Below, one piece after another: positions 49,301 to 63,350 of a stretch of DNA of 64,000 nt (position 1 is its first letter; the number at the start of each line of letters is the position of its first letter). The notes below the pieces were generated by a model. That model did not search any database and was not told the origin of the DNA. It saw nothing but the letters and a program-made list of their open reading frames with translations. The stretch covers positions 40,612,001 through 40,676,000 of the forward strand of contig NC_087447.1 in the NCBI RefSeq assembly GCF_036321535.1, given 5' to 3'. Both the position numbers and the translations under genes were made by a program. This DNA comes from Camelus dromedarius (taxonomy: Eukaryota).

Positions 49301-52300
49301 CGCTGTGCCAGGCGTGGCGGGAAATGGCAGATTATGTAGGACAGTCCTTTGCTTTGAAAAGCTCATAAACAGGCTGGGACGACAGCACAAGAAATAGTTG
49401 AGGGCTTTTTGCAGAGGCTAACGTAACGAGGGTTAGCTGCATTCTGGAAGCATGCGTTGTCAGAAGAGACTTCCCAAGGAACTGGGGCTTATGACGCATC
49501 TTTAAAGAATGAGGGGGGTTTAGAGGAGTGGAGGAGGGAGGATTAGGAGAGGGCAAGTTCAGGTATTCAGTAAAATCAACAGTTGCCTTGAAGAGGGAAA
49601 CCCTGGTCTCCTTTAGTGTGGTGAAGAGTGTGCAGGCAGACAGTGATGGAATCAGCGCTGCCGGCTACAGGCTGGGTGACGCTGGACGAGTCTTTTCACT
49701 TCCCTGTGCCTCAGCTTCCTCACCTACAGAAATGAGGACAACCACTCCTTAAACCCTGTAGGATTGCTGTGCTGATTAAATGAGGTACAGGACAGCACCC
49801 CGCCCCGCCTGTCCTGTGGTGGGCTGGGGGGCAGGGAACACGTTCTTTTCTTCAGTCACCCTGCTTTCACTCTTTCCTTCTTTCCCACTGTCTTTCCCTC
49901 TTGGAGCTCACATAGAAAATAAGGTCAGGAATGTATTTTCTGGTTGTAACACCTAGACTCTCAACTTTGAACCCTGTTTCAGTGCAATGAGACACGATGT
50001 GTGTGTTGGGACTTCCCCAGTTAAATCCAGCCTGAGAGGGTCAGAAGTGAGGTTAGAGGGGAGCCCAACCTAACTCCAAGGACAGCTTCTGAGCTGAGAC
50101 ATCTGGAGTTGTCTCAGTGTGATTTGACTACTGCTCTGAAATTCCAAGCCCATCAGCCTGGGGACCTGCCCCTGTTTGTAGAGAGAGATTTGTTTTGTAA
50201 AACCCACCTGACATTGCAGTGGGCAGCAGACAATGTCAGGAATGCACTGTTTTCAGAAACCTTGGCTGGTGGGAGAGGTATGCAAAGAGTCTCCTTTGCC
50301 CCAGCCCCTGGTCGAGGGAGAGCCTCCTGGAGCAGAGATGTGTCTCCCTCCACTTGGACCCACCTCCCGACAGAGCTGGAGCCCCATCAGCCTGTCTTCC
50401 TGCCGAGGTGAATTTGATTTATTATGAAGCAACGTGACTTACAATTTCAACTGCAGGCAGGAAGGTGTGATTTAAGACAATTGTCAGGAAGATTCAATTT
50501 AATCTTTTCTTTTTTTCCCCTCTACAAAATGTGCATTTGTTGCATGATATAATTTTAATATACATTCTTTACAACTCGAAGATAGATGTAGTTTCATACT
50601 GGGAAGGCACACTCAACATTTTTTTTTTTTTTTAGTACTTTTCTATTTAAAGTTCTTTTTGAAAAAGATTCCTTTGTCAAAGGGTGGTTTTTCTTTGTAG
50701 TAAATCGTTATGAAGCTTCCTGGGCAAGAAACCGTTTCTTGATTGGGGTGGAGGGGTGGGAAGCGGTTATTTGGGTCACTTATAAGTAGGGAGATAATTG
50801 CCGTAACAAAACAATAAAAATAAAAATTTTATTTACCTAAAACTATACAATTGTGAATTTTGAATGTTTTTCAACAACAGCTAGTTGTTTTTAGCAAAAC
50901 GGGCAAAAGTAATTTTGAGTTTGTAATTACTTTAAAAGTACAGAAAGTATAGATTGATTTTTGTAAATCAAAAATTAAATGCCTTATTTCATCCCAGTCA
51001 GTATTAGAAACTTCACAGTATTGTGTTGTACAGCTCAGTGCAGTCTTTCCCTCTTTCCTTACATATTAGCAAAAAAGGTTGAGCTTTCCAATTTTGGCAG
51101 TTCTCAGGGTGTAGGTCAATTGTGAAGGCTCTCATATGAAGGATCTCTACTGAGAATCAGAGCATGCTAGAGCTGGAAGGAACGAGAGCATCCTTACCCT
51201 CAGACTGTTTGCTGAAGAACCTGAGGCCCAGAGCAACTCAGTGAGTGCCCTGAGGGCCCTGCCTGGGGTGCCAGAGATTCTGAGATGGGGAGCTAAGCTT
51301 CCTGAGTCAGGTCTAGAAAGTGTCCTTCTACATCCAGTCACTCCCCTCAACCTCAGAAGGAACTTCTGCATTGGGGAGCAGTCCTTAACTGTATGTTCTC
51401 AGATGAATCCAGGTGCTTAAGGAACGAGGAATGGGTGAATTTCCTTAGCTGGAATGAGGCTGGAGGGACCCTGCTCAGTCCCTTCCCCCTGGTCTGAGTC
51501 CTTGGGGCCTGCACCCACTCTCTGGGATCATCTTCAAGATTGGGGACATAGCACTGTTGAGTAGGACCTGACTTCAGGGCCAAGCAGCACACAGTAGCTC
51601 CTGGTGGTGCCGTCTCTGTATTCGTGGCAGGCTTCTTCCCAGCTTTTCAAACCCAAGCGGTGGTACAGATGGGGGGTGGGGGTGGGCAGAGATCTTGTGT
51701 CAAGGAGAAAAAAAGAGGAAAAAATGGACATTTACCAGGTACTGACTAGATGTTTGGTACTACTTAATCCTCTTCATGTTATTTAATCCTCAGAATATGC
51801 CTGTGAGTTCCTAAGCCTCATTTTCACAGTTGAGAAGTTTGTACTGTACTGTATTAACCTGCTTTCCCATTAGGCTGAGTTCCTTGAGAGTGGAGACAGG
51901 GTCCTATTTTTTTCCCATTTTCCTGTGTTTCACACAGTGCCAGGCACGCAGCTGGGGCTAAGTAGGAATTTGTTGAGTGATTAAATGAATAAGAGAGCAA
52001 GCATGTCTAAAACCACTTAGAGGATCCACATCCAGGTCTCTGGCTTCAAAGTTGTCTGGAAGGGAAGTCAGGGGCCCGAAGAACTGCTTCCCATCCCTCC
52101 AGGCTTGGGGGCAGCTTCTATGAGTCCTCCTTCTGGGTCAGGGACAGGAAAACATGCACTCCTGGGGTCTCTCTCATGGCCCCTCGTAGCTTGCGCTGCT
52201 GTTTCAAGGTTTCATCAAAGGAAAACTGTGGTTCAGTGGGGTGTGTACATGTGTGTGTATAAAGTGTGCTTTCCTGCACTGAGATCCCCCAGGAATCAGC

Positions 52301-55139
52301 TGGTGAGAAAAGCTGGGAGCCTTCAGGGGACCCTCGATGTCTTTATTTTAATAAAGCTGTCACTTGTGGTCACTTTCAAACAAAAGCAATCTTGCAGGTA
52401 CAGAAGGGGAAAAATGAACCTTCCTCAAGAGCAGACAATAACACCAGAAAAAGATGCAGCTGACTGTGGTCTCTGTGCTTCAACAGGAGGGACAGAGTTG
52501 AGGCCATTTAAATGGGCAGGAGAAAGCATAGCTTAATTTCCAAGAAAGGATAAAGAACTCCTCCAGGCCCCAGAGCTAAGGGAGAGTTGGCCTTTGGCTT
52601 CCTGGCTGAAGTGGCAATGAGTTGGCCTCCTGTCCGTGCTGAGGCCATGAGAACCTCGGAACGGATCCCACCACCTCGAGGCATCTTTGGAATGATGGTG
52701 ATGAGCTGGGGACTTGTTCTTTCACATTCAAGAGAAAGATGGCAGGAACAGTGTGCAAGGAGGAGAAAGGACTCTCAGAGGACAATTCCGGAGTCAGGAG
52801 AGGATTTTTCCTTCCTGCTGTGTCAAAATGCCTTGGGCATCAGGGCAGGAGATGGTACAGGAGCAGGGCTAGAGATTGGGCAGCCCACACCTCCCGGTTC
52901 CCTGGAGGCTGCCTGGAGAATCACCCACCCACGGGGGTGGGTCTGCACAGTTGCCCAGTACGGCTTCTCCCACCCTGTCCAGTCGGCGCACCCAGGTCAT
53001 GGGCACAGGAAGAAGTTTCTCCTCTACCTCTGCCCCCCAGGACAGAGCAACCCGTTAGGAGAAGCCATGGATTACTGCAATTTTTCTTTTCTTATTATTC
53101 TCTGATATTTTCAATTTGAAAAGAGTCATTTAAGCAGTAGGGTGGAAGAGGGCATAGTAGACATAGGGGAAAAATTGAAAATGTCATTAAAAAATGACTA
53201 TTCCATTCTTTTTTATACTTCAGCAGACAGATGGCTGCCTCACCTTTTGCCCGTGGCCGTGAGCAATAGCCCAATGGGTGAGCCAAGGAGAGCAGTGATT
53301 TTATTTTTCTTTTCATTTCACACAGATTGTGTAGCCCTTGGGGTGTGGGGGACCAGTGGAATGAAGCTCTGGGCTGGGAAACTAATTATGCCTCCCTGCA
53401 TGGCTGAGCTAGTTAATACCAAACTGTCATTGAGGCTGATTCTTCCCTGGGGCAGAAAAGCTTCCCAAATTCCTTATCTCTTTCTCCTTGCCTTGAGAGT
53501 GGAGGCGTTTTCATTTTTGCCAGTTTGAGGAAACTGGAGCAAAATTCAGGAAGCTTCTCAAAGCTCTGAAATGGCGCTCTGGGTTCTGGTTCCAAACATG
53601 CCTTCTGATACGCAGCAGCCCTGCCTCCTCCAGCTCAGACAAGATGCTGAATTGTGGAGTTAAGACAGGCTCAGCTCAAATCCTGGTGCAGCCGCTCATT
53701 GGTGTGATGTTGTCCGAGGCTGCCCAGGGTGTCTAGGACGGGAAACAGACTGCTCATCCACTGTGTCCCTCCCGTCTCCCCAGAAGTGTGGGCTCAACGA
53801 TGCTCACCTCAGTTGTAAGCCTGCCTCATTTTGCTGGCCCTGAAACTGAGACCCCACCAAGTGCATGACATGGTCACCAGTGGAGACCATACATGATGAA
53901 GGATAATCAGAAATTCATTAATGCTTTTAAGTGGGTTTTTGACTTATTAATCAAACTCATACATATCATTAAAAATGGTTATGCACATGAGGGAGACATA
54001 CTTATTCAGTCTACAGAAAATAAACTGGCTATGTACTGTAATCACTCTGACTCCACCACTCTCTGTCCCCACTTCCCCTGACTGGGAGATCTGCGGCCCA
54101 CAGTCCATGCAGTCTCTGGCTAGCCAGATGTCTCAAATAGCAGTGGATCCAGTAATATCTATGGGTCTTTTTAAGGACAGAAAAAGAGTTTTTAAAATTA
54201 AGTAGAAGCATTTAAAAACACAGCCTTTGTGACAACATGAAAATCATGAATATTCAGTTCGTACACAATCTCAAGCAATTAGGCAGATGCGTATTTCCAG
54301 GGCAGGTGTGCTACCCTCATGGCTGAGGGGATTGGGGCTGTCTATCATTTCAAAACCAGATTTCCCTGGTGACTTCAGTCTGATTTTAGGGAAGTTGGGG
54401 AATGAAGTCTCAGAGACAATCCTCTTTCTTTTTCCCTCCCCTTTGCCAGGCCACATTCCCCTTACCTAGATCCATATTCCTAGGCTTCAGCTGAGAAATT
54501 CCCAAGTCCCTGGAGACAGAAAGCTCCTTAGATTCTGCATGCTGATGTGCTGACTGATTCAGAGTTGGAGCAAAGCAGCCTGTTTCCAGCCTTGGAGGAT
54601 GGGTGTCGTGTGGCAATATTTAGTCTTGGCTGTTGGGTGTTACTTGTTTTAAGCCCAATTCTCTCCATGTTGAATTTCCATTAGAATTAATTGGTTGCCT
54701 TTGGAGAAGCACCAAACACAAACTGAGATCATTGATGGGAAGACACAGCTTAGAATTGTCCCCTCAAAGGAGACTTTATATCAACTAGGAATCCCATCTA
54801 ACTTTTCAGGAGAACCAGCATGTTAGCAACTATGTATACCTAAGTTATCTGGGACAACTGAAATTCAAATACTCTGATCTATTGTCCCCAGAAACCATCT
54901 AAACAAATTGTAAATTCTACTGTGTCCGAAGTTTACCTGCCCATATTGACTCCCCTACTTGGAAGTAGTACAAAGCCCTTGCCAGACCACATGCCCCATA
55001 TTTTTAATTTAGAAAATATGGTCACAATGAAGTAAACAGAGCACTGGTAAATGGAGCCAGCTGTTCCCTAAATGGTTGGGGGTGGTTTGTTTTTTTGTTT
55101 TTTTTTTTTAGTGTGAATCACATGGGTTAGGAGAAGCAC

Positions 55140-57680
55140 TGCAGGATCTCAGTGTGAGGATCGTGGTGGAGCCTCTTCCCAGTGAAACAAACATAACTGG
55201 TAAAAATTATTTTAAAAGTCCCAACCATTTAAAGTCTATGGCGGTTGTTCTAAGGGCACACATCAAATGGAGAAACACTTAGTTAAGAAAATCGACTAAA
55301 TCCCAGTAAGAACAGCAACAATCTGGTGCTTGACCTGCTCCCTCCTTGAATTCCAGCTCAGTGAGACAGAAGCTCTTCTCTGAGCAGACATAGATAAGAA
55401 GATGGGCCTCCCTGTCCCCCCAGGTTCCTATTCTGATGCTAAATTTTCTCCCCAAGAAGGCCGGCTCACTGTATTATTATCTCTCCCAGCTTTGTGTTGC
55501 AGAAGCTTTATTCCATGCAAGCATAGCCAAGAGGTCTGGGGCTTTCCGCCACCCAGGCCCCATTTGTAGGGAGAAAGTTCTATCGTTGGCCAAGAGTACT
55601 GGGCCCTAATCGTCTGCACCCCAGCTCACACAAAGGGTGAAGGTTCCATGCCAGGAGAGGTAATCCAAGCAGACTAGTGGCTGCCATCCCCACCCAGCAC
55701 CACTCACAGAGCAGGGATGAAACTGAGAAAAGTGGTCTGCTGTTCTCACTCTTAGCTCCAGAGTAGTGGTGCTGCCCGAGGGGAAAGGTGGGCTGTAAGA
55801 ACACAGAGTTCTGCAGCTCTCCACTTTATTTGAAAAAAAAGTGTGAGGAATTTCAAGCCTAAAAGCAATTGGTAAGTATTTAAGAGGAGGCTAGTAGTGC
55901 CATAATAGCAACAAGAGAGATCAGGCCGCTAGACCAGCTAGACATTTAAAAGAGAGAACCGGAGAAAGGGACATCAGAGAAGAACCCTTCTGGGGTCAAA
56001 GCAAGCCTCAGAGACTGGCCTCAAAGACAGCTCCTGTAAAGAAGCCTGAACTTAAAGTGGATCAGACTGCGGGACAATTTATACCTCAAGGTACTGTTGA
56101 AAAATAATAGAGCAATCAGGTGGCAATTAGTGGAGGCTAACAGCTAGGTGTGATACCAATAGGTCAGTCCATCCAGAAGCTTAACAGGGAGATAAATGAA
56201 AGAGATTAAAACAACAACAACAACAAAAGCAGCAGCAACAACAACAACCCCCTGCTAAAACCACTGTCATCAGGGAGTTGAATAGGGAAGAGTGCACAGG
56301 GCCAAGGCTGTACCCTCCAAGGAATCACATCAGAGACAGCACATTGGGTGGGTAGTGGGGAGGAGGGGAGGGAGAGGCGGGAAGATGTCACTGAACTAGT
56401 CCATTCATGTCACTAAGCAAACAAACAAACAAACAAACAAATCCTGGGGATGGCAGGGGTAGTGATCAGTATTCAGGGTGGCTAAAATATGTTATCTAAA
56501 ATGTCTGGTTTTCAACAAAAATTTAAAAGACATCAAAGGCAAAAGAACATGTAACTCATAAAGAGGGAAAAAGCAGATGACAGAAATTATCTTTCATGAG
56601 ACTTGATTTTTGGACTTACCAGACACAGACTTCAAAGTAGCTATTATAAGTTTATTCAAAGAACTAAAGAAAACTTTGCTGAAAGAATTAAAGGAAAGTA
56701 TGATGACAATGTCTCATCAATAGGGAATATCAATAAAGAAAAAAAGTTCCAAAAATAGAAAAAAGTGGAAATCCTGGGCTTGATAATTATAAAAAGTGAA
56801 ATGAACTGTTCACTAGAGGGATTTAAAATTTGATTTGAGTTGACAAAACAAAGTATCAGCAAACTTGAAGACAGATCAATAGAGATTATGAAATCTGAAG
56901 AAAAGGAAAAAAAGAATAAAGAAAATGAACAGAGCCGTAAAGAAAGGAGGGCACCAATGGCATTTTTAATGACAAGGAAAAAATCTTGAAAGCAGTAAGA
57001 GAACAGGACAAAACTACTCATCACCTATATGAGAACCCCAATAAGATTAAAAGTTGATTTCTCATCAGAAACAATGGTGGCTAAGAATCTTATATATAGC
57101 AAAACTATCTATCCTTCAAAAATGAAGGCAAAATAAAGACATTCCCAGATAAACAAAACTGAGAGAGTTTGTTGCCATCAGATCAACCTTGAAAGAAGTA
57201 CTAAAGGATTTTCTTCATGCTGAGTGCAAGTGACACCACAGAGTAATCTGAATTCACACACAAAAACCTCCAAAGTGCCACCAAATGTAATTATATAGGC
57301 AGTTTTAAAATACAGGATAATTTCACATTTCTTCTTCTTTTTCTCTTAACTGATTCAAAAAGGAATTGCATAAACAATATACATTATATAATTGTGTTGT
57401 TAGGGTTATAACATATAGGAATGTAATATATTTGACAATAATAGCACAAAAGAGGCACAAAAATGGAAAGGAGGGATGATAGCCTTATTGGAGTGAAGTT
57501 TCTATATTTCACTGGAATTAAGTTAATGGACTTGGATGGATTAAAATGTATAATGTAAGCTCCAGATCAACCACTAAGAAAATAGCTTAAGAAATATAGT
57601 TAAAAATCATTAAGGAAATTAAAATTTACAAGAAAATATTCACTTAAAGAACAAAAGATCACTAAAGGAAGGACAGAGAA
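55140..57680 (+). mobile_element. Old L1M (L1MC/MD-like) 5' portion: 5'UTR, decayed ORF1 and inter-ORF region, sense to GALNT18
   Basis: ORF1 motifs TTCTCATCAGAAACAATGG and TCAAAAATGAAGGCAAAATAAAGACATTCCCAGATAAACAAAACTGAGAG, with an A-rich sense strand. Confidence 0.85.
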
Positions 57681-58087
57681 ACACGGTTTCTCCAGGGAAG
57701 CATGGTAGGAACTTTGGGAGAGGGAGCCCCTTGTTTAGCTGGAGGTATCTTTTGGCCCTTGAGTAGGCACAGTAGTGGGAAGGATGAATGGACCAGGATT
57801 ATCTAGAAAATTCATCCCATTTCCTTGCAGGAACAGCATGTCAATATGTTTTTGTCTCCTGAACAATGTGTGGGAAACATCTTTGATTTTGTTTTTCATA
57901 ACTGTGCATGTAATTTCTTAGCATTTTACTCCTAGGAATTGATTAAAGCTTTTCTGTCTCTTTAGAGTCATTAAATAGAAAAATGTCTGCTGGTGACCGA
58001 TTGACAATGTTTCTAGGTACTCACTTAGAGAAATAGGAGTCTACTTAACTGGTTGAAAAGTTTGTTCTCGTGTGTGGAACAGGCATG

Positions 58088-58335
58088 AATAGCTAATGTT
58101 TATTGAGTATTTATTTTGTGCCAGGCACCATGCCAAGTGCTATACATGAATTATCTCATTCTATCTTCACAGCAACAGTCTGAGATGGGTACTTTTATTA
58201 TCCCCCTTTTCTAATAAAATTGAGGCACACAAACATTAAATAATGTATCCAGGGTCACAGTGTTAGTGTGCTGTGAGGAAGGGATTGACTCCCTGTGCTT
58301 TGACAACAGAGTCTAACCCCTTGATGACTGTGTTA
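58088..58335 (-). mobile_element. MIR SINE
   Basis: TTTATTGAG...TGTGCCAGGCAC...ATCTTCACAGCAAC...TGAGGCACA. Confidence 0.8.
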
Positions 58336-58529
58336 CATCACAACCAGAATCGTTAAGTCCTTGTAGCATCAAATACAGTTGGTGTTGGCTTTCAGGATTA
58401 TAAGTGTGTTCTCAGGGCCTGAAACCTTGTAACAGGTGTTTCAGTCAGGTGATATCCCTCTGGAACACACCAGGTATTTTGGTGCAGCATAGCAGTCAGA
58501 GTCCTTCCGATTGCTTGGTGCCTATTTTA

Positions 58530-58942
58530 TTTAGAATACGGAAAGTTGACTGCAGTACCAACTTCCAAACCTCAGTGGCTTTGACCAATAAAACTGTATT
58601 TCTCACTTACCCAGTGACCAATGTGGAGGTTCCTGGTGAGCTGGCCATGGGGAAATTCTTCCTTCCACTCAAGGATATAGGCTCGAGTCTTGCAGACTTC
58701 TCCTGAACCCTCTGCATGCAGCTGGCAGACATGGGAAGAGCGAGATCATGGAGGCCCTTAGGGGAGGTTTTCACGGGCCTGGAATGGAAGTGGAGCTCAT
58801 GTTCTGCCATATTTTATTGGCAGGAACTCAGTCATGTGGTGCCCCCCCCCCCACAACAAGGAAAGCTGGGAAATGTAGTCTAGCTGATTGTCTAGGAGGA
58901 AAAGGAAATGGGTTTGGTAAACACAGAGAAGTCTCTGCCACA
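58530..58942 (-). mobile_element. MLT1J/K-like LTR
   Basis: CTCAGTGGCTT...TATTTCTCACT...GCTGGGAAATGTAGTCTAGCTG...TCTCTGCCACA. Confidence 0.75.
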
Positions 58943-60589
58943 TGGCCTTGCTGTTCTGGTTGTTATATATTTGAGTGTCACCCTAGGTTGGGTCACAAAG
59001 GCAGTAAGTGGCGGAGCCAGGAGCAGGACCTGGGTCTGTGTAAGCTCAGATCTGGACTCTGAGCACTTTTCCCTATTCTCCCCTAATGGCAGGACCAAGC
59101 TCTGCAGCTCTGTGTGCACTGGGTGTTGCACATGACCGCGTGGTCTCTACATTCCTGGGCACATCAGTTTTCTGAAATATGTGGTGCCCTCTCTGTGGCT
59201 GCCATGAAATTTTTGGGCTGTGGATCCAAGAGTATGTTTCTGGGAATCTTTGTGAGTTTCTGACTCAGGATCAAGCCTTTGAAGGTCCTCGCTTATGTGG
59301 TGCTCAGCGGCTGTGCTGGGGTTGATGGACGGTGTACAAACTGTGCCACTCTCCCCAGCCAGGCTCAGGCTGTCATTAGCATTCACCAAGGATGGGAGTC
59401 TTGGACAAATCAGCTGTTTAGGGCTTTTTTAAAAAAAAAAAAAAAAAACAAAACTGCTGAATGCCTCTCTTGGTTGAAGCTCTTATAAGTGTGGAGCTAA
59501 CAGTTTCCCACACTGTTGAACAGCAAAAGGGGAGCCATGGTGTAGTGTTTTCCCTTTAGGGCACGTTTTTAGCAATGCGAGGATGCTCTTGGAATGTGGG
59601 TGTTCACTGTCTTTGGCAAAAGGGCATGGCTTGCTCTTTTTCAGAGCTCCAGATCTTACTTATTCAGAGGAGCAAGAAGTATCCATCGGTTTCATAAATG
59701 TGCTTCTCTTCTGGAAAAAAGCTGGATTTAACCACCTCTTGCCCTGCTTCCTCACTGGTTCGTGGCAGGAGACTCAAGTTGCAAAGTGACTGTAGGCCTT
59801 CTCTCCCTCCAAGCCGCTCCCCCACTGCTATGGGGCCCTCAGGGGAGGGACACGTGGTTAAACAGCAAGGTCCAAACACTCCATCCCTTAATTCAGGGCT
59901 TCAGAGTCCCCTTATTTTCTCCTAGCAATTGGGAAGATGATTGCATGCATGGGGATTCCATCCAAGCAGTCCTCCCCAAATAAAGGGGACCATGCCAGGC
60001 TTGACCGCAGTCACTGTGCTCAGTGGTGAAACGGATCCTGCTTCCTCAGGCTGGGGCAGAAGCAGGCTGAGGAGGTAAAGTGTTCTAAGGGGCACTGCTT
60101 GTTCAATGGTAATTAAGTGGGCGGTGGGAATTTCCCTAGTTCCAGGTGTCTGGGAGTTAGAGACAGATAACATCTGTTCTCATCAAGAGGGAGAATGGTG
60201 AAACACAAATCACAAGTCACTCTCAATAAATCCTGAAGCTGGGGTGTGAAGTCTGGAGTGGATTCCGCTTACCTGTGTGCATAGGCTGCTTGCAGTATTT
60301 CTCTTTGGTCGGAGAAAACAGAACTACAAATGTCCCCAGAGCCCAGAGCTGACCCAGACAAATCTCCTTACACTTCAAGGCATCCCCGAGTCTTCATCCA
60401 CCAAATTTGGGAGAAGAAAATGGGATTGGTCAGGATGCTAAATGACAAGGAAAAGGGGGTATTACTGAGCCTAGCATCTGCCTGATCCAGGGAGAGGATT
60501 CATAACCAGTAGGCAGAGGTAAGAATTGACTTCTTTAGGCAGGAATCAAGGCATAACATCACACCATTGTTCTTTCCTTTCCTGTATCC

Positions 60590-61000
60590 ATTCATGCATT
60601 CATTGATTTAATCAACAGACAATACCAGATTCTATGCTAGGTGTCCAGAGGGATGCAAATGGGGAGATGTAGTCCCTGCCTACAAATTTATAGTCCAATA
60701 TAGGTATGAAGACATGGACAGAGGTAATCCATCCCCAGGGTAGAATGTGATGAGGACTGTAAGAAAGGACTGACAAGCATATGTCATGGGAGGTCAGCAG
60801 AGGGTGGACTCACTTCTGGCTGAGCAAATGTGTGCATATACTTGGGGGAGTTTTCATGGAGAAAGAGGCATCTGAACTGATTACTGAAAGATGGGTTCGA
60901 TTTCAACTGCAAAAGACTGGGGAAGGGGTTGGGAGCCTCAGGGCGGAAGGACCTATATGTATCAAGGTGTGGAAGTCAGAAAAGAAAATGCAGATGTGTG
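60590..61000 (-). mobile_element. L2 fragment
   Basis: CATTCATGCATTCATTGATTTAATCAACA tail and TAGTCCCTGCC motif. Confidence 0.65.
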
Positions 61001-62254
61001 AAGCACCTGTACTGTAGTTAAATAGTGGGAGACACGCCGCTCAGTGAATGAGAGGACGAGTTTTCTTTCTCCTCCTCTCCCTCTTTCCCCTCAGATTTCT
61101 ACGTTTTGGGTTTAAATGAATCTTTGGGGTCATGAAGAGGTTCTCTTGCCTAAGTCTTTGAAATGGGAGGATTGGGGGCTAGCGTGGGGGTGAGGCTCCA
61201 CCTGCCTTCACCAGCCTTGGACTTTCCTTCTTTCATTCTGAGCATCTACCAGGGAAAGTCAAGGGGGAAAAACTTCCCATTAATTTTCCTTGTTGCAGGT
61301 GGGCTTTGATGTTGGTGACTAGTCTTACTCCACAGGGATGTAACTTCTGAAACAGAATTTGTGAGGACAGTAGGTTTTAAGTATCAACCCCAGCCTTCCC
61401 CACTTTGGGACATTTCCCCTGCTTGGCTCTGGGTGGTCCTACAAAGCTGAGTCTGGAGCTGCTACTCAAAGACTGGGCTGAGCTGCAGGGAGCGTCCTCC
61501 TGGACCTGGGCTTAGATACGGTAGCTTCTCTTTCCCATCTAGCAGATGAGCTGGGGGGCCCGCAGCCTCCTCTGGCAGTTCTCACTGGTTTGGTGTGTAA
61601 CTTGCTCTTCAGAAGCAAGCCTGCGGTGCTGACAGGGTCCATCTCCATGACACGGTGACCTGGGCGTCGTGGTGTTTCCAGCCAGTGTTCATCCCTCTGG
61701 AATGTTGTCCCCTTAAAGTCTCAAGTTGCCTCCAAGTTTTCTCACCCTTGAGGGAGGAGCCAAGGAAAAGGTTGAGATGCAAAAATATGAACAACTGATG
61801 TGACATTGTGCAGTGTCCAATCAGAACAGACCACAGCCATAGAGCTAGAGCAGCATGCTGGAGACACTCTGATGTGCCAGGCGGTAACTGTTTAGCTGCT
61901 GATTCTCGGGGGAGGTTAGCGTCCTAGGGGAGGGGCCAGGACAGTGAGTGGTGGGGGCTGTCTCTCAGCTGGTAAGAGAGAGCAGCTTTTTACCAAATGG
62001 TAAGAAGTTATTTCAGTATTTTAATAACTGGTGTGGTGGGCCCAGGGTGTACCAGCTAAATATCAACCTTAAAACAAATTATTTTATCAGCCTCGCCCTG
62101 ACTATTTACAGCCTAAGCCAAAATGTCCCTGTTGGCATCTGCTTGTCGATAAGGAAGATCTCATTGCTGGGATTTGAAGGAGGCCTGGCCTGGGTCTTAT
62201 GGATGCTGGACTCTGAACAAGTAGGATTTCCTATTGTCTCACAAAAGTTTAAAG

Positions 62255-63350
62255 CTGTGTTTTCAAATGTTTGATCATAGAACTCCTTTATGCTTCTAAA
62301 AATCATTGAGGACCCCAAAGAGCTTTTGTTCATGTGGGTTACATCTATTTACCACATTAAGAAATTTAAACTGAAGGAATTTCAAAATAGTTATTTATTA
62401 ATTTATTTACCAATGACAATAATAAACCCAATTAAATGTCAACATAAATAACACTTTTTTTTTAATGAAAAAGAACTGCAGTTTCTAAAACAAAAGATAC
62501 TTCATTGGGAAGCGTGACCTTGTATTATATTTTCACAAATCTCTTTAATTCCTGCCTTGATACGTGAAGCTGGATTCTCATATCTGCTTCTGTGTTCAGT
62601 CTGTTGCAATATATATTATCTTGGTTGAAGTATATGAAAAACATTCTTCTTCACATGGATATGTAGGTGGAAAATGGAGGAGTATATGAATAGCATTTTC
62701 AGATAATTGTGGATATTCTTCTTTGATACTACACCAAAACTGGACAAGTGGTAGACTTTCAGAGGCTAGTTGCGTCGTGGAATCTGAAACCGTATCAATA
62801 AACTTTTTTGCACTCTGTTACATTAAAATCCACTGATCTGTCTTGAAATTTTATGCTTGTATCTTCTATACAAGCATGATTTTGTAACACTTTGCACTTT
62901 TCTTTTTGGAAAGAAATAGGTTCGCTGAGTTAGGCAGATCTAAATGTTGAAATATTTTATTATGCAGTAAAAAAAAATTACTTTGTCACTAGTACCATTG
63001 ATATCGCCAGAAGCTTTTAAGTATTGGGAAGCTGTCGAGCTCATGGTGGTGGATGCAAGTTTTCCAAAACTCTAATTTTTTTTTTTTTGGCTTAAGAGCT
63101 TAGATTTTGTTATTGGGAAAAATACTATCGGTTATTTTTCGTGAATTAACTAGCTCACTTTTTTCATTTTTGAGAAGAGTGCCAGATTCCCAGCTTTGAA
63201 TAATTATGGTCTGTTAGTTGTTCTTTCAAGTAAAAACAGTGCTCTGTGAAAGAAGTGGCTAGTTCAGTTCACAACTCAATCATAAGAGCACTTTTTCTAG
63301 AGCCAACCTTCGTACTTCGGTCTGCAGCAGAAGGGCTTTATGAGCGTCTA
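62255..63350. mobile_element. Charlie1a-like hAT DNA transposon fragment
   Basis: TGAGGACCCCAAAGAGCTTTTGTT, CTTTGATACTACACCAAAACT, GGAAGCTGTC and AAGTGGCTAGTTCAG motifs, colinear with recalled Charlie1. Confidence 0.85.

Noticed and set aside
61061..61094. Strong polypyrimidine tract plus CAG as possible GALNT18 exon 2
   Set aside because: The following sequence does not encode the expected EAPAKP... residues, and no convincing donor pairs with it.
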